Sequence record: PQ182779.1
DNA length: 64,000 nucleotides
Strand: one strand, 5' to 3'
The position numbers and the translations under genes are program-made. Within the stretch, counting starts at the first letter, position 1; each line of letters starts with the position of its first letter. This document shows, one piece after another, positions 33,277-42,738 of this stretch. The notes below the pieces were generated by a model. That model did not search any database. It was not told the DNA's origin and worked only from the letters and a program-made list of their open reading frames with translations.

Positions 33277-33618
33277 ATGAAAAGAATACGTTGTTCAATC
33301 ACAACCGACAGGCACTATAAACTGTCCTACAAAAACTCCCCTAAAAATAAAAAGAATGATTACTTCACTGAAATTAATCTTGAATCTCAGATTGATGATG
33401 AAAGTAAATCATCTATCAATAAATCTCTGAGATCAATTACTGATGTTGATTTCATTCCTTACGTAGAGAATGAAGACAATAAAATGTCGTATCTTATTCT
33501 TTCTCACAGTGAATTTAAAAAGTTATTTTTTAAATCAATGCGCGCCAGTTATCTAAGCCGCAGCGAAGAGAAAGTTGAAATCATCCCTGGGTTTTACTGC
33601 ACAGTCAAAAACATTTAA
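33277..33618 (+). CDS. Hypothetical protein
   Basis: 113 aa AT-rich ORF. Confidence 0.6.
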   Translation: MKRIRCSITTDRHYKLSYKNSPKNKKNDYFTEINLESQIDDESKSSINKSLRSITDVDFIPYVENEDNKMSYLILSHSEFKKLFFKSMRASYLSRSEEKVEIIPGFYCTVKNI

Positions 33619-33630
33619 AAGGAAAAGAAA

Positions 33631-34014
33631 ATGAAAAACATTTTTATCGCATTGATTCTCTCCGCCATTTCCGCCACCTCCTTTGCAGCAGAAGGGTACA
33701 ACTCCCCTGATGTTAAATATGCTAAACCGTGTGTCGCGGAAGCCAAACAAAAAGCGGCGATCATGCTCAAGACATACGCGGCGATGGGAGAATGGAATTA
33801 CGATCAGGTTGATAACCTTCCCCCAGCGTTCCCTAAAGCGTTCAATAACCCGGTTCGTCCAGAGCAATACATTCACCCTATCGAGTTTACCGCGGCCGTC
33901 TCACGATTCAATGATACGCGTATACGGGTCATGTACGCTAACTCTTCGACCACTGACCCTTCTCTCTGTGTTTTCATGGGAATTGAATTCCTTGATCTGA
34001 CAGACGCAAACTAA
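33631..34014 (+). CDS. Secreted/periplasmic protein
   Basis: Sec signal peptide MKNIFIALILSAISATSFA; two Cys; RBS AAGGA. Confidence 0.75.
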   Translation: MKNIFIALILSAISATSFAAEGYNSPDVKYAKPCVAEAKQKAAIMLKTYAAMGEWNYDQVDNLPPAFPKAFNNPVRPEQYIHPIEFTAAVSRFNDTRIRVMYANSSTTDPSLCVFMGIEFLDLTDAN

Positions 34015-34021
34015 TATAAGT

Positions 34022-34050
34022 TTCCCTACTGCCACTAGGCAGTAGGGAAA
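34022..34050. terminator. Bidirectional terminator between convergent genes
   Basis: TTCCCTACTGCC-ACTA-GGCAGTAGGGAA. Confidence 0.75.
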
Positions 34051-34073
34051 CTATCCGCTATATTCTTTTTTTG

Positions 34074-36038
34074 CTACGTGTATTGCGGAATGGCTTCAAG
34101 TGACCAAGCTTCCAGGGCTACCGCCTCCTCTTTCACACCAAGTATTTGGTTCACTTGTTCTTCCGACCAGGTTAAGATATCAAGTGTTCGACTACTGATG
34201 TTAGGTTCCGATGTCTCCAAATAGAACTTAAAGACATAGGTTTGGGCGCTTTGGTTAATACGGTCGATACGACCGATAGCCTGTTCCATGATGTAATCGC
34301 GGAATGGCGCGTTGATGGCTAAAATAACGTTCGCTGCAATCAATGGAACCGAAGTAGATAAACTTTGATAGGTTGCAATCAATGGGTTAATACTACTATC
34401 ATCAAAGAATCGCTTCACTTGTTTAGTTAAATCCTCACCTTCCCCGTAAACGGTTACAGGTTTGAATCCTTTCGACACCAGATAGTTTTCTGTCATTTCT
34501 ACCGCTTTCACGTAGCTAGTAAAAATGATAGTTTTCTTCTCTGCCGCTTTAATGTATTTAGGAAGATCACACTCCGCGATTAAAGCAAGTGTAACTTCTT
34601 CTCTGCGCTTCCCTACGACGTTACCTAAACACTCACCACGAACTTTTAACGGTAAATATTTGATCACTGATTTATAACTGCGGAAATTCTTTAATTCTTC
34701 CCCGCGCAGCAAAGGCTCGATTAAATTCTTTTCAAACTTATTACAGAACATCATCTCTTCTTTCACCATTTGGTAATCGGTGGTTTTAGAGATTTGCTCG
34801 ACAAAACGTCGGTATTGTTTTAATTGAGCTTCTTGTTCTTTAGTCTTAACAGTACGAGCATATTTGTCTACGCCAGAATAGTAACCTAACTTAACTTGCG
34901 GCTCAAGTTTTTTCCAATACTCAATCCGCTCCAGAATATAGTCTTTCATGTCCATTTTCAACGTAGACAATAAAAACCTATCCGGGTCTTTCAGTTTGAT
35001 TGGAACATTCTCGATGATTGGGTTGGTTTTAACAATTTCCACTTTAAACATGACATTGCCCATACGATGACGTATGATGTCAAAACATTTCTTACTTGAC
35101 TTCCCGTATAGTTTCTTAAAGGCTTCCATGGCCTCTAACGTCATCATCTTATCAAACGTCGCCAGCATTGGGATAGCTTCTGAACCATACGCTTTGATCG
35201 GTGTTGCGGAAGCCCATAGCGTTGTAACGGGTTGTATACGCTTACAAAATTGTAAAATATCTTGAGTGCGCTGAGAACTAAGCTCATTCAGTTTGTGAGA
35301 TTCGTCGAGTATTAATGCAATTTTCTTACCAGTGAATCGCCCAGAATCTTCCAGTAATTTACCAATGGCTTCCATATGGTAGATTAAATACTTCGGTAAT
35401 GTTCCCGAGGGCAATGATCCATCTCGTGCCTGAACCCAGTACTCAGGCGTCTTTTTATAATCATTTTGCATCGCATCTTCCCAGACACGATAAATAGACG
35501 CTTTTAATGATACCATGATAATGATATCAACATTGAGCATTTCTGCGATCATTAACGAAGACAAGGTTTTCCCGGACCCAGTATTCATAGCCATACAGTA
35601 ACCGCTGAGCTGCCATTTAGGAACAACAGTATCGTAATGATCGATGAATTCCATTTGATGGCGCAGCGGGCTTTTGGTAAACAGGCTCAGTTTACTACGA
35701 TCTAGAATAGGGTCGTGATCTACCTGAGTAGACCTCATCCAAGTATTAGTGAGAATACCTTCTTTCACTTGTTTCAATGTTTTCTTCGCAATCATACTTC
35801 GCCCCTGTTTGGCGATAATCTGATCGAGAATGTAAACAAACTCTACCGCGAAGAAACTGTAAAATTCGATACTGTAAGGCGTAATCTTAGTGAACATACT
35901 TTGTTCGATACGAGAGGTACGCCAGGTATTATAGATTTCATTCAGTGCGTCCTTAGAACGAATAGCAGTGATCTTAATCTTTCCGTTCGCTTCTTCTACT
36001 TCAACCATTCCAAACGCGGCTTTGGCAAAATTAAACAT
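34074..36038 (-). CDS. SNF2/DEAD-like SF2 helicase
   Basis: Walker A MNTGSGKT, ILDESHKL, SATP, QAIGRIDR. Confidence 0.9.
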   Translation of the reverse strand: MFNFAKAAFGMVEVEEANGKIKITAIRSKDALNEIYNTWRTSRIEQSMFTKITPYSIEFYSFFAVEFVYILDQIIAKQGRSMIAKKTLKQVKEGILTNTWMRSTQVDHDPILDRSKLSLFTKSPLRHQMEFIDHYDTVVPKWQLSGYCMAMNTGSGKTLSSLMIAEMLNVDIIIMVSLKASIYRVWEDAMQNDYKKTPEYWVQARDGSLPSGTLPKYLIYHMEAIGKLLEDSGRFTGKKIALILDESHKLNELSSQRTQDILQFCKRIQPVTTLWASATPIKAYGSEAIPMLATFDKMMTLEAMEAFKKLYGKSSKKCFDIIRHRMGNVMFKVEIVKTNPIIENVPIKLKDPDRFLLSTLKMDMKDYILERIEYWKKLEPQVKLGYYSGVDKYARTVKTKEQEAQLKQYRRFVEQISKTTDYQMVKEEMMFCNKFEKNLIEPLLRGEELKNFRSYKSVIKYLPLKVRGECLGNVVGKRREEVTLALIAECDLPKYIKAAEKKTIIFTSYVKAVEMTENYLVSKGFKPVTVYGEGEDLTKQVKRFFDDSSINPLIATYQSLSTSVPLIAANVILAINAPFRDYIMEQAIGRIDRINQSAQTYVFKFYLETSEPNISSRTLDILTWSEEQVNQILGVKEEAVALEAWSLEAIPQYT

Positions 36039-36141
36039 GATCTGACCCTTCGTGATAAATTGATCTCATAACAAAAAATACGCTTCTCTATTATCCTATT
36101 GACCCAAGATGAGGTCTTAACAAACAAAAGGTAAATAGAAG

Positions 36142-37125
36142 ATGAACCATCAAGCAAAAATCGTCAGTAACGACGCTATCGTCGTTTTCTTTTCACTGAG
36201 CGAATTAGCAAAACAGCTTCCGCTCTCAATCGGTACACTTACTTCCCTGTTTAAAAATTTGCGTAATAACGCAAACAGTAACCTCGCTTACGTTTCGGTA
36301 TTAGGTCGAGAAGAGACGGTAACACGTAACGGCCAGGAAAATTTCTACCCTGATTTAGAAAGAACCATTTTCACCTTGGTCCCTTCTAGCCTGATGCCAG
36401 ATTTATCCGGAACGGTTTATTCCGTGAAACTCACATTGTTAAATCGGCATACGCCGTATCAGCACCTCGAAGATTATGTTCGTGGGTTAAAGGAAGGCGA
36501 GTACCAATTCTTCCCGCGTATTACCGTAGACGGTAAATACCTTTACCCTACAGAACTTGGCGATCAGGATCGTGCTGAGCCTACAGGTGCTATTAACGTT
36601 ATCGGGTTTGATTTACTCTATAGCCCCGCCCCTACCAATGTGATTAACTGCGAAGACACAGAACCAAAAGACGGCCTCGCGGAGAAACTCGCAGAGTGCT
36701 TTGGGTTCGAAACTGTACCCGATATCAGTAAATATCAATCGAAACCTTTTTCGGTGCAACCGCTTACGCCGAACGAACACGTGGACAACGACTTTACTTC
36801 CCCGCCGGTTTATGACAATGCGAAGTTTAATGATCTTCTTAAACGCGCTGAACTTATTCCGCTTACTGGTCAGGGAAAAGAAGTCATTATCAACGGGAAC
36901 GACCCGAAAGATGTTGAGTACATCGCAACGCTCTGTCAACGACTTAACGGTGAAATCAGCCTTTCTGTTGATAAAGAACTGAAAGAGAAGCTGTCAACGA
37001 ATTTGATGGATGTGAACGCACTATTAACCGAAATTCTGGAATTGATCTCACCGGTTCATCTTAGCGCAGAGCAGAAGAGCGTGTTGTTTGATCTGGTCAC
37101 ACTTGACTATCAGTTAAAACGTTAA
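36142..37125 (+). CDS. Hypothetical protein
   Basis: 327 aa, divergent from the helicase, convergent terminator 37131-37164. Confidence 0.75.
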   Translation: MNHQAKIVSNDAIVVFFSLSELAKQLPLSIGTLTSLFKNLRNNANSNLAYVSVLGREETVTRNGQENFYPDLERTIFTLVPSSLMPDLSGTVYSVKLTLLNRHTPYQHLEDYVRGLKEGEYQFFPRITVDGKYLYPTELGDQDRAEPTGAINVIGFDLLYSPAPTNVINCEDTEPKDGLAEKLAECFGFETVPDISKYQSKPFSVQPLTPNEHVDNDFTSPPVYDNAKFNDLLKRAELIPLTGQGKEVIINGNDPKDVEYIATLCQRLNGEISLSVDKELKEKLSTNLMDVNALLTEILELISPVHLSAEQKSVLFDLVTLDYQLKR

Positions 37126-37173
37126 TAAAACCCTCTACTCCTCGCAGACGCGAGGAGTAGAGGGGCTATGTCA

Positions 37174-37812
37174 TTAACCGCTGATTGCCTTCACGAATTC
37201 AATCAGACGCTCACGGTAATCCGGTTTAGCGAATTCTGCCGCTCGTGCCAGGTTGTAACGCTGAATGATAGTTTTACGCACTGCGGGGGTAGCAAAGGCG
37301 CAAACCATATCGACGAACGCAATGTATTTGTCGAGTTGTTTATCACCCTTCGCTAAAAGGCTCAGTCGACGGAAACGCATATTAGGCGCAAAGGCCCCGT
37401 CTTCATATTTGCGAACCAGCGCAAAAAGACGTTTCATGCAGACCGCAAAATCCGCAACATTGTCCAGATTAACCAGTTGCTCCAGTGTCCGATAGAGCAC
37501 GCTCTGATTTTCTTTCAGTGAAGATTCAGTCTGCGCTTTTTCCGGTGCCATTTTCAGAACGTAGTCTTCGAGGTGTGCAATGATCAATTTGACCGCATCA
37601 CTTTCCCCGGCGTAAACATCGGCCGAAGTTTTAGCCGCAGTTTCAGAGACCGTGCTTACTTTCACACTTCCGCCTACCGCAGACTCAGTTGCCACGGTTG
37701 CTGCAACAGGAGCGTTGTCGTTCTCACCCGAAGCAGTCGTTTCTGCTACCGCATCTGCTGCGTCAGAGAGTTCCTGAGATTTCTTTTGGATTTTATCAAA
37801 CTTATTGGCCAT
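37174..37812 (-). CDS. Conserved hypothetical protein
   Basis: 212 aa, low-complexity N-terminus, operonic with upstream minus-strand genes. Confidence 0.75.
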   Translation of the reverse strand: MANKFDKIQKKSQELSDAADAVAETTASGENDNAPVAATVATESAVGGSVKVSTVSETAAKTSADVYAGESDAVKLIIAHLEDYVLKMAPEKAQTESSLKENQSVLYRTLEQLVNLDNVADFAVCMKRLFALVRKYEDGAFAPNMRFRRLSLLAKGDKQLDKYIAFVDMVCAFATPAVRKTIIQRYNLARAAEFAKPDYRERLIEFVKAISG

Positions 37813-38188
37813 GGCCTTTTTCCTTCATCATTTGAACGTTAGGGACCGTAATACCCTGTTGGGAAAGTTGTGCCTCTAACTCTTTCGTTTCTTCCGATTT
37901 AGCATTGACTTCTCGTTCACGCCACCGAATAGAAGTGTTGATTTGCTTTTCAACCATATCATTAGGTTGACTCACCCAATCTGTAAACGTAAAGTTGAAG
38001 TAATCTTTAATCTGGTGCGTGTGATATTTTTCGAGTAACTCATCCCATTTCCCTTTGTTTGCAGCCGCTTCGGGTTCATGCATCGCAATAAGAGAGAAAG
38101 GGACTTTGGCATCTACTGCTTCAGAGTAAATCCCGTTATCGAGGTCGTACGCCCTGCGCAACGCCACTTTGGCGGAAAGGTTCCCCAA
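37802..38188 (-). CDS. Conserved hypothetical protein (possibly baseplate-hub associated)
   Basis: 128 aa immediately downstream of the 574-aa gene; the function is a guess from the pairing. Confidence 0.55.
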   Translation of the reverse strand: MGNLSAKVALRRAYDLDNGIYSEAVDAKVPFSLIAMHEPEAAANKGKWDELLEKYHTHQIKDYFNFTFTDWVSQPNDMVEKQINTSIRWREREVNAKSEETKELEAQLSQQGITVPNVQMMKEKGHGQ

Positions 38189-38205
38189 TCCGCCTGTCTT
38201 CTCAA

Positions 38206-39930
38206 TTAACCCTGAGCCTCGCTGGCCGATACCTTGGATAGCAAACCGGTCAGACCTAACGTCATTAAATTCGTCAGTGGCTCCGACCCCGCTTCCGTAA
38301 TCTTGTGTTGCGCAAGGATAAAAAAACCCACAGCAGGGTTAAACGGAACAATAATTGTCGCTTCCCCGGTCTTCGAGAGATAGAATTTACCACAAGCCGG
38401 GCAATTGACGTTAGGGAATCCAATGATAGTGCAGATGGCGTCATTGATGAAATCATTGATTGCCACGATTAAACCGTCACTGGCTTCGAAGTCACCCGAA
38501 ATATAACGCATGATATCGAGGATAGCATGGGAATCGGTAACAATCCCGTAGTTATCCGGGTTACCTTTTTCGTTGGTGTTCGGGATACGAATCTCACGAA
38601 TGAAGTGCATGAACCGCGCTGTCTCTTCCGTGTTAAGGATTGACTTCATGCTCTGACCACGACGATAGTCATCGGTGATATCATCGCGTAGCGTTTCTGT
38701 TAACGCACGGGAAACCGAAGTGATATATTCCCGACCTGAAGTTAAGTACTCTTCGATCGTTGGTGAACGGAAGGTGAAAGTACGTTTGTTCCATTCCCAT
38801 TTCTGGGTATTGAGGATTTGGAACTCTTCCTTATATTTCTTCAATTCTTCCAGCGTTGTCTTATGACTAATCCCTTTGGCCATCTGACGGATTTGAACTT
38901 GTGTCAAACGCGACTCATCAACGAAACGCATACGGAGAAGGTTTGCTTTGACGTGACTCACACCACGGCAGCTCGGGCACGGAATGGCGATCTCACAACC
39001 GTCCGGGAATGCTGCTAATGCCATTCCCCAGATCAGACTGTCGATATCGAAGAAGTCAATAACCTCTTTTAATTCCATCGGCGATTTCGCAATCGGAATG
39101 TTGGCCTCTACAACGAGTTTCAACGCGGCGTCAACGAGAATCTCGTCAAAGATCAAACGGTCATTGGCCCCGATCGCCCCGAAGACTTCCAGTCCGAGCT
39201 CTTCACGTGAAAAGGCTAAGGCACGGTCGATATCCGCTAAGAATGCAGCCGACGGTGCACGGAGTTTCACCCAGAAACCAGAGTGCCACAGTGGTACCGT
39301 GACAGGACGACCCAAGTTAGTCCCGGCCGTGAACATATCGATTGCATCAATACCCGAAATTTTGGTAGCCGGTTGATCAAAGATCTTATACGCACTGCGG
39401 TAATCACAAAGCGGGATCGGTGTCGCCGGGTTCTCGATCTGAGTCTTCCACTTTGCTCCGTTACGGATCGCCGCTTTCAGAAGACCGTTTCCGGGATACG
39501 CTGAATCCGTCGCGTTACGAGTCGAGAGAATCCATTCAAGGTCTTCGTTAGTGACGTTATTCAAACTTTCTTCAAACGTCTCTGCGTCAGCACGCGTCGT
39601 GGGTAATACACTTAACGCTGCAATGCCGCGTTGATTAGGATCGATCCTGACAAAGATAGGGCGAGTCGGATCAATCACGATTTTATTCGGTTCGACGTCA
39701 AAGAGAAGATGTTCTTCTTCTTCTTTCTCTTCCGTCTCTTCTTCCGGTTTGGTTTCTTCTTCCGCCGGAGTGACAGTGTCTTCCTGAACAGTCTCATCGG
39801 AGACTGCTACCGGCGCTTCCTCAAACACGTCGTCAGTGATAACGTGTTTGGTGACCGGAATACCTACACCCGTGGTAGGAATAGTAGGGGTTTCTTCAGT
39901 ACCGGACTGTTCGTTTTCAAAATCAGACAT
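38206..39930 (-). CDS. Conserved chimallivirus protein, possible baseplate hub assembly factor
   Basis: 574 aa, acidic N-terminus, CPSC and CPAC zinc-like motifs. Confidence 0.55.
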   Translation of the reverse strand: MSDFENEQSGTEETPTIPTTGVGIPVTKHVITDDVFEEAPVAVSDETVQEDTVTPAEEETKPEEETEEKEEEEHLLFDVEPNKIVIDPTRPIFVRIDPNQRGIAALSVLPTTRADAETFEESLNNVTNEDLEWILSTRNATDSAYPGNGLLKAAIRNGAKWKTQIENPATPIPLCDYRSAYKIFDQPATKISGIDAIDMFTAGTNLGRPVTVPLWHSGFWVKLRAPSAAFLADIDRALAFSREELGLEVFGAIGANDRLIFDEILVDAALKLVVEANIPIAKSPMELKEVIDFFDIDSLIWGMALAAFPDGCEIAIPCPSCRGVSHVKANLLRMRFVDESRLTQVQIRQMAKGISHKTTLEELKKYKEEFQILNTQKWEWNKRTFTFRSPTIEEYLTSGREYITSVSRALTETLRDDITDDYRRGQSMKSILNTEETARFMHFIREIRIPNTNEKGNPDNYGIVTDSHAILDIMRYISGDFEASDGLIVAINDFINDAICTIIGFPNVNCPACGKFYLSKTGEATIIVPFNPAVGFFILAQHKITEAGSEPLTNLMTLGLTGLLSKVSASEAQG

Positions 39931-40351
39931 TGACAGTTTCCTTTTGGTTAATGCGTTTTTCTACAATCTCCGCGATCTCTGCCATCGGCGCAATTACGTC
40001 TTCAGTGATCATTGAAATAAATTCAGCAGCACGTCCAACCAAATCGGCGAAGTGCTCTTCTTCCTTTTTACCCGGTGTCGCAACCAGCGTTTCGAAATCG
40101 GTTTTCAGTTCTTCGAGCGTCGTTCGAATAGAGGGTGCTTTCTCTGCTATCTTCTTGATCTCTTCTTTCCCTTTCAGGATTTCCCCTAAAGAAAGAGTTT
40201 TTTCATCTAAGGCGTCGAACTGCACTACTATAGTGGCGGCTTCGGAGAGTAACTTCGGTGATTTCCGAATAATGTCATTGATGTATTGAAACCCGTGTAA
40301 CTTCATGTAACCGGGCTTTTTAGTGGGTTTCTTCTTACGTGCTTTAGACAT
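39923..40351 (-). CDS. Hypothetical coiled-coil protein
   Basis: Likely start MSKARKK at 40351 (GAGG RBS); overlaps the next start. Confidence 0.7.
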   Translation of the reverse strand: MSKARKKKPTKKPGYMKLHGFQYINDIIRKSPKLLSEAATIVVQFDALDEKTLSLGEILKGKEEIKKIAEKAPSIRTTLEELKTDFETLVATPGKKEEEHFADLVGRAAEFISMITEDVIAPMAEIAEIVEKRINQKETVNV

Positions 40352-40429
40352 GTCATTTGCCTCAGTTAGAAAAAGATTTTCATTCAAATTACGCTTACTG
40401 TGAATTAAAATTTACATAAGGGCTCAATA

Positions 40430-41269
40430 ATGCTGATCGACAATTTACTCAACTATCTGACACGTACGGTGTCAGAAGCCAGAGTTTCAACATATAAAGT
40501 TGTACTGCCGTTTTTGTATCGTTTAGACCCGGGTACGTTCGAGCTACAATTTAACCAGTTTACCACCTACCTCGATGAGTTTACGACGGTAGACAACGTC
40601 ACGCAATTCGATCAGATCGTCACCGACCTGTTGGCAGAAGGCATTGAGGAGTTCGGTCTATATCTAAGCGACGACCAGCCGCTTTACGGTAAACTCGAGC
40701 TCCTCGCAAAGATCTGTCAAGCGTTATACCACGTCGATTCGCATGAGGATCTTCAGTCGGTTAAATACGCATTAGAAATCGCTGAAGACCCCAAAGAAAA
40801 AATCGCCGAAGTACTGCACGTGGTGGACAATACACTTGACCCTAATCAGATTCTTGAACTCACCGCCGAAGTTTCACCTTCATTGCTTTATCGCCTCCGA
40901 GATTATCTCAACGAAATGACCTATCGTTTCCCCGAAGACGATTCGATTGACACTGCTCTGGTTGAAAGAACAAAGAACGCCCTGAATTTCTACGGGATCG
41001 AACGAGCAGTGCGTTTCTTCAAAGACGGCGGTAGTGTAGGTGAGCCATTAACTAATTTCCTGGATTATTACTTTTCAGAGGAAAAGAATACACCGGAGGT
41101 TATCGGTAAGTTAGCAGTTTTCTCTGCGATTGCTGCTGGTATTCCGAACGATAAAATCAAAGAGCGTATTGGTGAAGAACTGCCGCATTATTTCATCGAC
41201 CCGAAAACGCTATTAACAATTTCAAGAATTGTGACTAAATTACCACTCCCGGAGTTTGACCATGCTTAA
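40430..41269 (+). CDS. Conserved protein upstream of vRNAP (phiKZ gp79-like)
   Basis: 279 aa; synteny with gp80-like gene. Confidence 0.6.
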   Translation: MLIDNLLNYLTRTVSEARVSTYKVVLPFLYRLDPGTFELQFNQFTTYLDEFTTVDNVTQFDQIVTDLLAEGIEEFGLYLSDDQPLYGKLELLAKICQALYHVDSHEDLQSVKYALEIAEDPKEKIAEVLHVVDNTLDPNQILELTAEVSPSLLYRLRDYLNEMTYRFPEDDSIDTALVERTKNALNFYGIERAVRFFKDGGSVGEPLTNFLDYYFSEEKNTPEVIGKLAVFSAIAAGIPNDKIKERIGEELPHYFIDPKTLLTISRIVTKLPLPEFDHA

Positions 41270-42629
41270 ACGCGATTATTTATTAACTGCTTTGAACTAC
41301 GGCAGTTTCCTTTATAAAGGATGGGTCATCGATGCTTTTGGTATCGTCAACTACCCGGAGAAAGACCCTGAGCGCAGACCGAACGGGAAGTACCCGCTTT
41401 ACTTTAAAGATGAACCCCGGCGCGAAGATTTCGAGGAATACCCCTTTCAACTTTTCCAGGAAGACGGTCAAGTAGTCTTCTTTAATCCCTTCAGTAAAGA
41501 ATGGGAAGTCCTTCAAGGTGCTGAACCAGGTATCGCCCCCTTCCGGTTCAAAGACAAAATTGATTTAGAACCAGGCGACCTCGTCAACGTAAAAGAGAAA
41601 GTCACTACGCTTGTAGGGAATGTCATGGTTAACCAAACGGTACTTTGTTACCCTTTCAAAGACCGTATCCCTTTTATAGCGGGTGAGATCAAAATAGGCA
41701 AGATTGAAGATAAGATTGCTGAACTGTTAGAAACACCCCCGGAAGACCCCAGTGAACGCGATCCACAGAAGATCTACACCGATGAACTGGAAAGTAAATA
41801 CTATCCGGCCGCTTTCTCTTTAACGGGCTGGTGTCAGCTCGCAACACCCGCTGCAACACCCTACACGATCGTTACTGCTCCTGACATGGCAAAACGCCGT
41901 ACGGCACTGTACGAACAGTATAAGGACCAACTTGACGATCCTGCGATTGTCGCCAAAATCATGTCCGAACTGATCAAGTACGATATCGAATTCCAGTCAC
42001 AAGACCCCGAGAAAGGATTCCTGAGACCCGGTTCTAAAGACTTCGATGTCGTCCGTGCTAAGGCTTATATCTCCCACGCTATCGAATACGATTTTGAAAA
42101 CCGAAACAAAATCACGGTTATTCAAAACCCGCTGTCAGAGCAATGGGATATCAATAAACTTCCGGAGATGGCGAACTCCCTTATCGACGGTTCCTTCAAC
42201 CGAGGCGCTATGACCGCCTTAGGGGGCGAGGCCGCTAAGTTCATTGGTCGCTTCTTCATGAACACGGCTATTGCAGAAGACGATTGCGGTTCCAGACTTG
42301 GGCTGGAGCACACGGTAACGAAAGAGAATGAGGAAGGTTTTCATTGGTCTTACTTCTTTGATGAGAAGAACGTACTCACTCTCATGACGCCAGAGATCGC
42401 TGCTGCCTCACACGGGAAACGTTATTTGTTCCGCTCACCGCTTTTTTGCCACACGACCGACGGTAACTTCTGCGTGAAGTGTATCGGGAAACGTTTCGAG
42501 AATACGAAGACCGCTTTAGGGGCATTGGCTACGGAGGTCGGATCGATAATTATGGGTATCCAGATGAGTGCGATGCATGGAAGGTCATTAAAGGTGGAGA
42601 AGTTTGACTGGAAGAGTGCATTGAAGTAA
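41256..42629 (+). CDS. Virion RNA polymerase beta-prime subunit, C-terminal part (phiKZ gp80-like)
   Basis: SFNRGAMTALGGEAAK, EDDCGS, RSPLFC...CVKCIG zinc site, MSAMHG end. Confidence 0.9.
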   Translation: MTMLKRDYLLTALNYGSFLYKGWVIDAFGIVNYPEKDPERRPNGKYPLYFKDEPRREDFEEYPFQLFQEDGQVVFFNPFSKEWEVLQGAEPGIAPFRFKDKIDLEPGDLVNVKEKVTTLVGNVMVNQTVLCYPFKDRIPFIAGEIKIGKIEDKIAELLETPPEDPSERDPQKIYTDELESKYYPAAFSLTGWCQLATPAATPYTIVTAPDMAKRRTALYEQYKDQLDDPAIVAKIMSELIKYDIEFQSQDPEKGFLRPGSKDFDVVRAKAYISHAIEYDFENRNKITVIQNPLSEQWDINKLPEMANSLIDGSFNRGAMTALGGEAAKFIGRFFMNTAIAEDDCGSRLGLEHTVTKENEEGFHWSYFFDEKNVLTLMTPEIAAASHGKRYLFRSPLFCHTTDGNFCVKCIGKRFENTKTALGALATEVGSIIMGIQMSAMHGRSLKVEKFDWKSALK

Positions 42630-42676
42630 ACCCGCAATAGAAAGACGGTTCTTTGTCGATACTAAAGACACAATCG

Positions 42677-42708
42677 CTACTGGAACCCCGTTAAGGGTTC
42701 CAGTAGCC
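42677..42708. terminator. Bidirectional terminator between convergent genes
   Basis: GCTACTGGAACCC-CGTTAA-GGGTTCCAGTAGC. Confidence 0.75.
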
Positions 42709-42738
42709 TCTCTGTGCCGTTACTTTTCTTTTTTGATA

